NCBI RefSeq assembly: GCF_016903815.1
Contig: NZ_CP069973.1
DNA: 64,000 nucleotides
Source: Escherichia coli
GTDB taxonomy: Bacteria > Pseudomonadota > Gammaproteobacteria > Enterobacterales > Enterobacteriaceae
Reading direction: 5' to 3' (one strand)
The translations under genes and the position numbers were made by a program. The notes under the pieces were generated by a model, which saw only the letters and a program-made list of their open reading frames with translations, was not told the origin of the DNA and did no database searches. Position 1 is the first letter of the stretch. Each line of letters begins with the position of its first letter. Of the stretch, positions 23,099 to 33,279 are shown piece after piece.

Positions 23099-23470
23099 CT
23101 TGTCCTCATTGAATAAGCGGGGCTGACAACTTTTCATGGTGAAATTATCACCACGAAACCCAGCATCGGAGCCACTCCCGGTCCCCAACGCAATCGTTCT
23201 CTTTTGCCTGAACTTACCACCGAAACAGACTGTTAACCATAAGGTAAAATTGATCATCACATTAGCTTATGGTTAAAAAACGCCAAAATCGCGACAGAAT
23301 AAAAAACCAAAAAACACACCAGTTTCTATATAAAGATGATGCCATTAGAAAGCTAATTTGAATAAGGCAATATTAAGAGCTAAAAAAATGTCAAAAAACA
23401 CTAAATCAAAAAATAATGACATTAGAAAATATAATGCGAAAACGGAGGTGAAATTAGTTTATTTCAAATG
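23099..23470 (-). promoter_or_regulatory. gcvTHP promoter/control region: long AT-rich upstream tract with repeated CATTAG/CTAAT motifs
   Basis: CATTAG at 23343 and 23420, CTAATT at 23353, ATTAG at 23453, embedded in A/T-rich DNA with A-tracts; position upstream of gcvT fits the known GcvA/Lrp-controlled region. Confidence 0.55.
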
Positions 23471-23544
23471 AGGAAAATCTCCCGGCGAAAAAACCGGGAG
23501 ATGAAAGTGTGATGGGTATCAAATAAACAGCAGAAGAGAAATTT

Positions 23545-24747
23545 TTAACGCAGCCATTCAGGCAAATCGTTTAATCCCATTGCCTGGCGGATAAGTTGCG
23601 GCTTAACGCCAGGAAGCGTGTCGGCCAGTTTCAAACCAATATCACGCAGCAGTTTTTTCGCCGGATTGGTACCGGAAAACAGATCGCGGAATCCCTGCAT
23701 ACCAGCCAGCATCAGCGCCGCACTGTGCTTGCGGCTACGCTCATACCGGCGCAGGTAAATGTACTGCCCGATGTCTTTCCCCTGACGATGCAACCGTTTC
23801 AGTTCAGCAATCAGCTCTGCAGCATCCATAAAGCCGAGATTTACTCCCTGCCCCGCCAGCGGGTGAATGGTATGCGCGGCGTCGCCCACCAGCACCAGAC
23901 GGTGCGCGGCAAACTGGCGCGCATAACGCCCCGTCAGTGGGAACACCTGACGCGCGCTCTCAACCTTGCATAAGCCCAGGCGATTATCAAAAGCGATATT
24001 TAACGCGCGATTAAATTCATCTTCACTTGCCTGCTGCATCCGCTGCGCTTCCTCTGGCGACAGTGACCAGACAATTGAGCAAAGATGCGGATCGCTAAGC
24101 GGTAAAAAGGCCAGAATGCCTTCGCCATGGAAAACCTGCCGCGCCACCGCATCATGCGGTTCTTCCGTGCGAATGGTCGCTACCAGCGCGTGATGCTGAT
24201 AATCCCAGAAAGTCAGCGGAATATCTGCTTTGTTGCGCAACCAGGAATTAGCACCGTCCGCGCCAATCACCAGACGCGCCGTTAACATGCTGCCATCTTT
24301 CAGCGTCAGGAAAGTTTCATTTTCTCCCCAGGCGACCTGCTGTAATTCTGCGGGGGCCAACAGAGTGATATCTGACGACTGCTGCGCTTTGTTCCACAGC
24401 GTGTAGTGAATCACTGAGTTTTCAACGATATGCCCAAGATGGCTATAGCCCATGCTTTGATCGTCAAACGAAATGTGACCAAAACTGTCTTTGTCCCACA
24501 CTTCCATACCGTGATAACAACTGGCCCTACGAGAGAGAATGTCCTGCCAGACGCCAAGACGGGTGAGTAATTTTTCGCTGGCGGCATTGATAGCCGAAAC
24601 GCGCAGTTGTGGTGGTGCATCCGCCGCCAGAGGTTCCGGTACGCGCTGCTCCAGTACGGCAACGCGTAAGCCGCTCCCCTGTAAGCCGCAGGCAACCGCC
24701 AGCCCCACCATGCCGCCACCAACAATGGCTACATCAACACTTTGCAT
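23545..24747 (-). CDS. ubiI: FAD-dependent 2-octaprenylphenol hydroxylase UbiI (VisC)
   Basis: 400-aa ORF; N-terminal GxGxxG FAD motif (VAIVGGGMVGLAVA), flavin monooxygenase family. Confidence 0.92.
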   Translation of the reverse strand: MQSVDVAIVGGGMVGLAVACGLQGSGLRVAVLEQRVPEPLAADAPPQLRVSAINAASEKLLTRLGVWQDILSRRASCYHGMEVWDKDSFGHISFDDQSMGYSHLGHIVENSVIHYTLWNKAQQSSDITLLAPAELQQVAWGENETFLTLKDGSMLTARLVIGADGANSWLRNKADIPLTFWDYQHHALVATIRTEEPHDAVARQVFHGEGILAFLPLSDPHLCSIVWSLSPEEAQRMQQASEDEFNRALNIAFDNRLGLCKVESARQVFPLTGRYARQFAAHRLVLVGDAAHTIHPLAGQGVNLGFMDAAELIAELKRLHRQGKDIGQYIYLRRYERSRKHSAALMLAGMQGFRDLFSGTNPAKKLLRDIGLKLADTLPGVKPQLIRQAMGLNDLPEWLR

Positions 24748-24769
24748 TGTTTATTCCTTAAAACCGCCT

Positions 24770-25948
24770 TCAACGCGCCACCCAACCGAGGGTGCGCTGC
24801 GCCAGCACATCGCGTGCCGGGGTGAATAATTCCATCGTCATCAGTCCGATGTTGCGCCCGACAACCAGCGGTGCCCAACGGTTGGCAAAAAGATGTACCA
24901 GGCTGTCCGTGACGCCGATGGTTGCTTCGCGATCGCTCTGTCGACGCTGCTGATAACGGCACAATACGCCGTAATCCCCCATGTCTTCTCCGCGCTCCTG
25001 CGCCTGAGTCAGGGTTTCCGCAAGACTCATCACATCTCGCATACCGAGGTTGAACCCTTGCCCGGCAATCGGGTGCAGGGTTTGCGCCGCATTGCCCACC
25101 AGCACGGTACGATGGGTAATAGCTCTGGCGGCGCGGGTTAACGCCAGCGGATAAGCACTGCGTTTACCGGCGTGGGTAATTTTTCCAAGTCGCCAGCCAA
25201 AGGCCGACTGGAGCTCACGGCAAAACTTCTCGTCACTCCACGACAGCACCTCTTCGCGCCGTTCCAGTGGATGACACCAGACCAGCGAACAGCGTCCGTC
25301 AGACATCGGCAACATCGCCAGCGGGCCATGTTGCGTGAAGCGTTCAAAAGCGCGGCCTTCGTGCGCAACAGAAGTAGCAACGTTGGCAATCACTGCCAGT
25401 TGTTCGTAAGGCTCCTGCTGCCAGTCAACGCCGCACGCGGTGGCTAACGCTGAATGGGTGCCATCAGCGGCTACCAGCACGCGGCCCGTCAGCGTCTCGC
25501 CACTCTCCAGCGTCACTTCAACGTGACTCTGAGTACGGGCAACGTTAGCCACGCGATCAGGGCAATGCAGCGTTACGCCAGGTGCTTTACGCAGCAATGC
25601 AAACAGCCGTTGCCCGACATTGTGCAATTCGACAACCTGTCCCAGCGCCGCCAGTTGGTAATCTTCTGCGGCGAGGGTGACAAATCCAGCGTGACCACGA
25701 TCGCTGACATGCACGGTGGTGATGGCAGTTGCGCAATCCGCCAGAGATTGCCAGACGCCGATGCGCGCCAGTTGCTGACAGGTACCCGCCGCCAGCGCTA
25801 TCGCTCGTCCATCAAAGCCCGGATGAGCATGTGACTCTGGCGCAGTCGCTTCAATCAAATGTACCGGCAGCGCCCCGTGACTTAACCGGGAAATAGCCAG
25901 CGCCAGCGTCGCGCCCGCCATGCCGCCACCGACGATGATTACGCTCAT
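24770..25948 (-). CDS. ubiH: 2-octaprenyl-6-methoxyphenol hydroxylase UbiH
   Basis: 392-aa ORF; MSVIIVGGGMAGATLALA FAD motif; paralog of UbiI immediately upstream. Confidence 0.93.
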   Translation of the reverse strand: MSVIIVGGGMAGATLALAISRLSHGALPVHLIEATAPESHAHPGFDGRAIALAAGTCQQLARIGVWQSLADCATAITTVHVSDRGHAGFVTLAAEDYQLAALGQVVELHNVGQRLFALLRKAPGVTLHCPDRVANVARTQSHVEVTLESGETLTGRVLVAADGTHSALATACGVDWQQEPYEQLAVIANVATSVAHEGRAFERFTQHGPLAMLPMSDGRCSLVWCHPLERREEVLSWSDEKFCRELQSAFGWRLGKITHAGKRSAYPLALTRAARAITHRTVLVGNAAQTLHPIAGQGFNLGMRDVMSLAETLTQAQERGEDMGDYGVLCRYQQRRQSDREATIGVTDSLVHLFANRWAPLVVGRNIGLMTMELFTPARDVLAQRTLGWVAR

Positions 25949-27270
25949 TGCTTTCTCGCAGCAGCCATCAACGCTTCGATTTCTTCCGGCTTTTTCACCA
26001 CGCTGGCGGTGAGGTTTTCGTTACCGGTTTCGGTAATCACAATGTCGTCTTCAATACGAATGCCGATACCGCGATATTGTTCTGGCACATCCGCATCCGG
26101 CGCGATATACAGACCAGGCTCTACGGTCAGTACCATCCCCGGTTCCAGAATGCGCGAGCGATCCTGACCATAAACGCCAACGTCATGGACATCCAGTCCT
26201 AACCAGTGGCTAAGGCCATGCATAAAGAAAGGACGATGGGCGTTCTGAGCGATCAGTTCATCAACATCACCTTTCAGGATGCCGAGTTTTACCAGGCCGC
26301 TAACCATGATGCGCACCACTTCACCAGTGACTTCCAGAATGGAAGTTCCCGGACGATACAGGCGCAGGCTGGTTTCGAGAGACTCCAGCACAATGTCGTA
26401 GATTTCACGCTGGGTCTGGGTGAATTTGCCGTTGACCGGGAAGGTGCGGGTAATATCGCCAGCGTAACCTTTGTATTCGCAACCCGCGTCAATCAACACC
26501 AGGTCGCCGTCGCGCATTTCACACTCGTTTTCGGTGTAGTGCAGAATGCAGCCGTTTTCACCGCTGCCGACAATGGTGTTATAGGACGGATAGCGCGCAC
26601 CGTGGCGGTTAAATTCGTGGTGAATTTCGCCTTCCAGATGGTACTCGAACATTCCCGGACGGCATTTTTCCATCGCCCGGGTATGTGCCATGGCGGTGAT
26701 TTCTCCCGCGCGGCGGAGTACGGCAATCTCTTCTGGCGATTTGAACAGGCGCATTTCATGAACAACAGGACGCCAGTCGATCATCGTTGCCGGTGCGGTG
26801 AGATTTTGCCGCGAACCTTTACGCAGTTTTTCCAGCGCACTGTTCACGATTTCATCAGCATATGCATATTCGCCCTGGGCATGGTAAACCACATCCAGGC
26901 CGTTAAGTAGTTGATAAAGTTGCTGATTGATTTCGCTGAATGCCAGTGCGCGGTCAACGCCCAGTTTCTCTGGCGCGGCATCCTGGCCTAAGCGACGGCC
27001 AAACCAGATCTCCGCCGTCAGGTCGCGAACGCGGTTAAACAGAACGCTGTGGTTATGAGTGTCATCGCTTTTAATCAGCACCAGCACCGCTTCCGGTTCG
27101 TTAAAGCCGGTGAAGTACCAGAAGTCACTGTTCTGACGATAGGGGTATTCGCTGTCGGCGCTACGTGTTACTTCTGGTGCAGCAAAAATCAGCGCGGCGC
27201 TGCCGGGTTGCATTTGCTCCACCAGGGCCTGACGGCGACGCTGAAACTCTTGCCGGGATATCTCACTCAT
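25945..27270 (-). CDS. pepP: Xaa-Pro aminopeptidase (aminopeptidase P II); start at MSEISRQEF
   Basis: 441-aa M24B metallopeptidase with conserved metal ligands (HGLSHWLGLDVHD, EPG). Confidence 0.93.
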   Translation of the reverse strand: MSEISRQEFQRRRQALVEQMQPGSAALIFAAPEVTRSADSEYPYRQNSDFWYFTGFNEPEAVLVLIKSDDTHNHSVLFNRVRDLTAEIWFGRRLGQDAAPEKLGVDRALAFSEINQQLYQLLNGLDVVYHAQGEYAYADEIVNSALEKLRKGSRQNLTAPATMIDWRPVVHEMRLFKSPEEIAVLRRAGEITAMAHTRAMEKCRPGMFEYHLEGEIHHEFNRHGARYPSYNTIVGSGENGCILHYTENECEMRDGDLVLIDAGCEYKGYAGDITRTFPVNGKFTQTQREIYDIVLESLETSLRLYRPGTSILEVTGEVVRIMVSGLVKLGILKGDVDELIAQNAHRPFFMHGLSHWLGLDVHDVGVYGQDRSRILEPGMVLTVEPGLYIAPDADVPEQYRGIGIRIEDDIVITETGNENLTASVVKKPEEIEALMAAARKQ

Positions 27271-27295
27271 AACACTCTCCTTACGTTTTTTGTTT

Positions 27296-27874
27296 TTAGT
27301 GTAGAGTCGGTTTTTGTACTTCTGGCGCGGTCGGTTGCGGATGAGTAAAGGTGTCGTGGCATAACAGCGCGGCAACACGAACGTATTCGATGATCTCTTC
27401 AAGCGACATTTCAAGCTCTTCCTGATCTTCGTCTTCGTCGTAACCCAGTTGCGCAATGTTACGCAGATCGTCGATAGCTTCACCGGTTTCGCCGGTCACT
27501 TTATCCAGCTTCGGTTGCGTAACGCCAAGACCAAGCAGGAAGTGATTGACCCAACCTGCCAATGCATCAGCCCGATCGAAAACGCTGACATCATCGCCAT
27601 CAGGCAGATAAAGCTGAAAAAGGAAGCCGTCATCCTGCAGGGCATCGCTGGTGGCAGAGTGCATTTTACGCAGTGCCTGTGCCAGCTCATGACCGAAAGC
27701 CATGCCTTCGTTCGTCAGGTCGTGAAGTAGCGGTAGCCATGAGCTGTCATCGTTACCGCCACATATCATCCCGCTGATTAAACCATGCATCTCAGCTGGG
27801 GTCAGACCCGTCCCTTGTTGGTTCAGATACTGGTTCATTTCGTTGTAACCAGGCATTTCGTTCTGTATAGACAT
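27296..27874 (-). CDS. ygfB: UPF0149-family protein YgfB
   Basis: 192-aa acidic protein [21 protein letters not shown]...; first gene of ygfB-pepP-ubiH-ubiI cluster. Confidence 0.88.
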
Positions 27875-27975
27875 AAGCATTCGTCGTCAAAGGGAGGAAT
27901 ATTCATGATATGCTACCACTTTGGGCCCTGGTGGACCAGAAAAGGGCTTGTCTCTTCTCATCAGGGTAGCTATAG

Positions 27976-28371
<396 letters not shown>

Positions 28372-28412
28372 CACTTTTCGGTTTACTGTGGTAGAGTAAC
28401 CGTGAAGACAAA

Positions 28413-28596
28413 ATTTCTCTGAGATGTTCGCAAGCGGGCCAGTCCCCTGAGCCGATATTTCATACCACAAGAATGTGGCGCTCCGCGGTTGGTGAGCATG
28501 CTCGGTCCGTCCGAGAAGCCTTAAAACTGCGACGACACATTCACCTTGAACCAAGGGTTCAAGGGTTACAGCCTGCGGCGGCATCTCGGAGATTCC
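28413..28596 (+). ncRNA. ssrS: 6S RNA (SsrS), RNA polymerase sigma70 holoenzyme regulator
   Basis: ATTTCTCTGAGATGTTCGCAAGCGGGCCAGTCCCCTGAGCCGATATTTCATACC...GGCATCTCGGAGATTCCC matches recalled 6S RNA; 3' end +/- 3 nt. Confidence 0.88.
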
Positions 28597-28670
28597 CTTC
28601 TTATCTGGCACCAGCCATGACGCAACTACCAGAACTCCCACTGATATTATCCCGACAAGAAATCCGCAAA

Positions 28671-29219
28671 ATGATTCGGCAACGTCGTCGTGCGTTAACG
28701 CCGGAACAACAGCAGGAAATGGGTCAACAAGCCGCTACCCGGATGATGACTTATCCCCCGGTGGTGATGGCACATACGGTCGCTGTATTCCTCTCTTTTG
28801 ATGGCGAACTCGACACCCAGCCACTCATAGAACAACTCTGGCGCGCCGGTAAGCGCGTATATCTTCCAGTTTTGCATCCCTTTAGTGCCGGTAATTTGCT
28901 GTTCCTGAATTACCATCCGCAAAGCGAACTGGTGATGAACAGGTTGAAGATCCATGAGCCAAAATTGGATGTGCGTGACGTGCTCCCCCTTTCCCGATTA
29001 GACGTCCTGATCACCCCCCTGGTCGCCTTTGATGAGTACGGTCAGCGCCTGGGAATGGGCGGAGGTTTTTATGATCGGACCTTACAAAACTGGCAGCACT
29101 ATAAAATGCAACCGGTGGGTTATGCGCATGATTGTCAGTTGGTGGAAAAACTCCCCGTTGAAGAGTGGGATATCCCACTGCCTGCGGTGGTTACACCGTC
29201 GAAAGTCTGGGAGTGGTAA
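28671..29219 (+). CDS. ygfA: 5-formyltetrahydrofolate cyclo-ligase (YgfA/Fau); start at MIRQRRRALTP, co-transcribed downstream of ssrS
   Basis: 182-aa protein with conserved GMGGGFYDR motif; the 248-aa ORF extension overlaps the 6S RNA gene. Confidence 0.88.
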   Translation: MIRQRRRALTPEQQQEMGQQAATRMMTYPPVVMAHTVAVFLSFDGELDTQPLIEQLWRAGKRVYLPVLHPFSAGNLLFLNYHPQSELVMNRLKIHEPKLDVRDVLPLSRLDVLITPLVAFDEYGQRLGMGGGFYDRTLQNWQHYKMQPVGYAHDCQLVEKLPVEEWDIPLPAVVTPSKVWEW

Positions 29220-29277
29220 GGGCGACACACCTGCATCGCCCTGATTGACATCGTTGATTCTTTGACCTAATTTAGTG

Positions 29278-29418
29278 AGTAAGGGTAAGGGAGGATTGCT
29301 CCTCCCCTGAGACTGACTGTTAATAAGCGCTGAAACTTATGAGTAACAGTACAATCAGTATGATGACAAGTCGCATCATAACCCTTCTCCTTCAAGCCCT
29401 CGCTTCGGTGAGGGCTTT
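29278..29418 (+). ncRNA. sibC: SibC antisense sRNA (type I antitoxin RNA), approximate ends
   Basis: Fully antisense to ibsC; ends in hairpin GCCCTCGCTTCGGTGAGGGC; 5' end estimated from recalled ~140-nt length. Confidence 0.6.
29320..29379 (-). CDS. ibsC: Type I toxin IbsC, 19-aa hydrophobic membrane peptide MMRLVIILIVLLLISFSAY
   Basis: Minus-strand ATGATGCGACTTGTCATCATACTGATTGTACTGTTACTCATAAGTTTCAGCGCTTATTAA; AAGGAG 9 nt upstream; in ygfA-serA spacer. Confidence 0.8.
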   Translation of the reverse strand: MMRLVIILIVLLLISFSAY

Positions 29419-29607
29419 ACCGTTACAGCCCCATGCTGCCCTGCCATCGTAAATCCCCATTAAATAAACACAACGCATTGATCTGACTTTGATTTATTTT
29501 CTGGAGCAGACTCGCAAAGTAGAATGCGCAACGCGGCAACGGTGTGGAGAAGGGATAAAAAAACGGGCAAGTCAGTGACCTGCCCGTTGATTTTCAGAGA
29601 AGGGGAA

Positions 29608-30840
29608 TTAGTACAGCAGACGGGCGCGAATGGTACCCGGAATAGCTTTCATTGCCTGCAGCGCTTTTTCGGCAACGTCTTCGTCGGCTTCAATATCAAT
29701 AACTACATAACCCATCTGGGCGGAAGTTTGCAGATATTGCGCGGCGATGTTGACGCCCTGCTCGGCAAAAATTTTGTTGAGCGCAGTTAGCACGCCCGGA
29801 CGGTTTTCGTGGATGTGCATCAGACGACGCCCACCGTGCAGTGGCAGCGAGACTTCCGGGAAGTTCACCGCAGAGAGCGTTGAGCCATTGTCAGAATACT
29901 TGATCAATTTACCCGCAACTTCCAGGCCGATATTCTCCTGCGCTTCCTGAGTCGAACCGCCAATGTGTGGCGTCAGAAGGACGTTGTCGAATTCACACAG
30001 CGGAGAGGTAAATGGATCGCTATTGGTCGCCGGTTCCGTCGGGAATACGTCGATTGCCGCCCCCGCCAGATGTTTGCTCGCCAGCGCATCACACAGCGCC
30101 GGAATATCCACCACAGTACCGCGCGAAGCATTAATCAGCAGCGAGCCGGGCTTCATTAGTGAAATTTCTTTCGCGCCCATCATATTTTTGGTGGACGGAT
30201 TCTCTGGTACATGCAGACTCACCACATCGCTCATATTCAGCAGGTCAGAAAGATGCTGTACCTGAGTGGCGTTGCCCAGCGGCAGTTTATTTTCAATATC
30301 ATAAAAGTAAACATACATTCCCAGCGATTCAGCCAGAATGCCCAATTGCGTACCAATATGACCGTAGCCGATGATACCCAGCTTTTTGCCGCGCGCTTCA
30401 AAAGAACCCGCCGCCAGTTTGTTCCACACGCCACGGTGCGCTTTAGCATTGGCTTCCGGCACGCCGCGCAATAGCAGCAGCAGTTCGCCAATCACCAGCT
30501 CCGCAACAGAGCGCGTATTTGAGAACGGTGCGTTAAATACCGGGATCCCGCGCTTTGCCGCCGCATCCAGATCAACCTGGTTTGTTCCGATACAGAAACA
30601 GCCAATAGCGACCAGTTTTTCTGCGGCGTTGATCACGTCTTCAGTCAGATGGGTACGGGATCGCAGGCCGATGAAGTGGGCATCGCGGATGGATTCTTTT
30701 AATTGTTCATCATCCAGCGCGCCTTTGTGAAATTCGATGTTGGTGTAACCAGCTGCACGAAGGCTTTCCAGCGCCTTTTGGTGCACGCCTTCTACCAGCA
30801 GAAACTTAATCTTGTCTTTCTCCAGCGATACCTTTGCCAT
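29608..30840 (-). CDS. serA: D-3-phosphoglycerate dehydrogenase
   Basis: 410-aa ORF MAKVSLEKDKIKFLLVEGVHQKALESLRAAGYTNIEFHKGALDDEQL...; NAD Rossmann GYGHIG, C-terminal ACT domain. Confidence 0.96.
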   Translation of the reverse strand: MAKVSLEKDKIKFLLVEGVHQKALESLRAAGYTNIEFHKGALDDEQLKESIRDAHFIGLRSRTHLTEDVINAAEKLVAIGCFCIGTNQVDLDAAAKRGIPVFNAPFSNTRSVAELVIGELLLLLRGVPEANAKAHRGVWNKLAAGSFEARGKKLGIIGYGHIGTQLGILAESLGMYVYFYDIENKLPLGNATQVQHLSDLLNMSDVVSLHVPENPSTKNMMGAKEISLMKPGSLLINASRGTVVDIPALCDALASKHLAGAAIDVFPTEPATNSDPFTSPLCEFDNVLLTPHIGGSTQEAQENIGLEVAGKLIKYSDNGSTLSAVNFPEVSLPLHGGRRLMHIHENRPGVLTALNKIFAEQGVNIAAQYLQTSAQMGYVVIDIEADEDVAEKALQAMKAIPGTIRARLLY

Positions 30841-31095
30841 TTACCCAATCCTGTCTTTTGAAATGTTGTGTGCGGATTTGCGTCCGCCTTTCAACATATC
30901 AAAAAATAATATTGCGGCAATATGAACGTTTGCGTCGCGATGTTGAGGAAATATCACGCAAAGGTAATTCTTGGATGAATATGCTGGTTTAGAAGATTTA
31001 TTTAGAGCAATCGACAATAGCCAGGTAAAAACGTGACACATGTCACCAAATTTAATGAAGAGAATTTTTTTAACGGGGGAGGTTCCCCCGTCAGA

Positions 31096-31755
31096 TCATT
31101 TCACAATGGTTTTGACACCGTCAGGTGTGCCAATCAGCGCAACGTCCGCGCCACGGTTAGCAAACAAGCCAACAGTCACCACGCCAGGAATCGCATTTAT
31201 GGCGTTTTCCATCGCTATCGGGTCAAGGATTTCCATGCCGTGGACGTCGAGGATCACGTTGCCATTATCGGTCACCACGCCCTGACGGTATTCCGGACGA
31301 CCGCCCAGTTTCACCAGCTGGCGCGCCACTGCACTACGTGCCATCGGGATAACTTCTACTGGCAGCGGGAATTTACCCAGAATATCAACCTGCTTGGAAG
31401 CGTCTGCAATACAGATAAATTTTTCTGCAACCGAAGCAATGATTTTTTCACGGGTCAGCGCCGCGCCGCCGCCTTTGATCATTTGCATGTGGCCGTTGAT
31501 TTCATCTGCGCCATCAACGTAGATGCCAAGGCTGTCGACTTCGTTGAGATCAAAAACGTGAATGCCGAGGCTTTTCAGTTTTTCAGTGGAAGCATCTGAA
31601 CTGGAAACGGCCCCTTCAATCTGGCCTTTCATTGTACCGAGCGCGTCAATAAAGTGTGCGGCGGTGGAACCTGTACCTACACCAACAATGGTGCCGGGCT
31701 GAACATACTGAAGTGCCGCCCATCCTACTGCTTTTTTCAATTCATCCTGCGTCAT
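31096..31755 (-). CDS. rpiA: Ribose-5-phosphate isomerase A; start at [12 protein letters not shown]
   Basis: 219-aa protein matching RpiA (GVGTGST motif). Confidence 0.94.
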
Positions 31756-31810
31756 GATCGTTTCGCCTGTGGTATGAAATTTCACACGCATTATATACAA
31801 AAAAAGCGAT

Positions 31811-32041
31811 TCAGACCCCGTTGGCAAGCCGCGTGGTTAACTCATCCATAAAATATCGCGCAATGGCAGGCATCCCCTTTCGCCCCGCAAATAAGGCATG
31901 CAACAATCTGGGTATGCCGCTCCACGGAGCAAACAGGCGCACCAGTTCACCGTTCACAAGCCCCTGTTTACAGGCAAATTGAGGCAATAACGCCACGCCA
32001 TTCAACACAACCAGGGCGCGAACTCGCTGAGCGAAATGCAT
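31811..32041 (-). pseudogene. yqfE: LysR-family regulator C-terminal fragment (yqfE-like remnant)
   Basis: 76-aa ORF resembling only the C-terminal co-inducer domain of a LysR regulator; no HTH domain upstream. Confidence 0.45.
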
Positions 32042-32182
32042 TAGCGCAAATCCCTGATCTTTTAAGCTGCGCGTTTAACCACGAATACAAATGTTACCCG
32101 CCGACGGCTTCGGTATATGCAACCTGACACAAAATTGTGTCATAGTGCAGGAAAAAGCATTTACCAGGAGCAGACAACAGCA

Positions 32183-33076
32183 ATGAAACGCCCGGACTAC
32201 AGAACATTACAGGCACTGGATGCGGTGATACGTGAACGAGGATTTGAGCGCGCGGCACAAAAGCTGTGCATTACACAATCAGCCGTCTCACAGCGCATTA
32301 AGCAACTGGAAAATATGTTCGGGCAGCCGCTGTTGGTGCGTACCGTACCGCCGCGCCCGACGGAACAAGGGCAAAAACTGCTGGCACTGCTGCGCCAGGT
32401 GGAGTTGCTGGAAGAAGAGTGGCTGGGCGATGAACAAACCGGTTCGACTCCGCTGCTGCTTTCACTGGCGGTCAACGCCGACAGTCTGGCGACGTGGTTG
32501 CTTCCTGCACTGGCTCCTGTGTTGGCTGATTCGCCTATCCGCCTCAACTTGCAGGTAGAAGATGAAACCCGCACTCAGGAACGTCTGCGCCGCGGCGAAG
32601 TGGTCGGCGCGGTGAGTATTCAACATCAGGCGCTGCCGAGTTGTCTTGTCGATAAACTTGGTGCGCTCGACTATCTGTTCGTCAGCTCAAAACCCTTTGC
32701 CGAAAAATATTTCCCTAACGGCGTAACGCGTTCGGCATTACTGAAAGCGCCAGTGGTCGCGTTTGACCATCTTGACGATATGCACCAGGCCTTTTTGCAG
32801 CAAAACTTCGATCTGCCTCCAGGCAGCGTGCCCTGCCATATCGTTAATTCTTCAGAAGCGTTCGTACAACTTGCTCGCCAGGGCACCACCTGCTGTATGA
32901 TCCCGCACCTGCAAATCGAGAAAGAGCTGGCCAGCGGTGAACTGATTGACTTAACGCCTGGGCTATTTCAACGACGGATGCTCTACTGGCACCGCTTTGC
33001 TCCTGAAAGCCGCATGATGCGTAAAGTCACTGATGCGTTACTCGATTATGGTCACAAAGTCCTTCGTCAGGATTAA
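32183..33076 (+). CDS. argP: LysR-family transcriptional regulator ArgP (IciA); start at [10 protein letters not shown]
   Basis: 297-aa protein; N-terminal HTH ([35 protein letters not shown]). Confidence 0.93.
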
Positions 33077-33279
33077 TCTATCAAATAATGCCTGATAGCA
33101 CATATCAGGCGTTGTCCTCACTTCTTTTTGTATTCCTTGAATCACATCACAAAATAGACAAATCTCAGGCGGCAAAAAACGACGTCTGAATGCATTTTTT
33201 TTGCTGGCGACAAACCCACGTAAAAAGCTCACCGTAGGCGCAAATACCCTCATTTTGATTGCGTTTTACGGAGCAAATA

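Noticed and set aside
25945-27483. N-terminally extended ORF starts in the ORF track (pepP 512 aa; likewise gcvT 418 aa, loiP 325 aa, rpiA 243 aa, fbaA 387 aa, pgk 408 aa, epd 367 aa)
   Set aside because: Longest-ORF artefacts: the extensions lack start-site context and the conserved N-termini begin at internal Met codons matching known protein lengths; features are reported with the internal starts.
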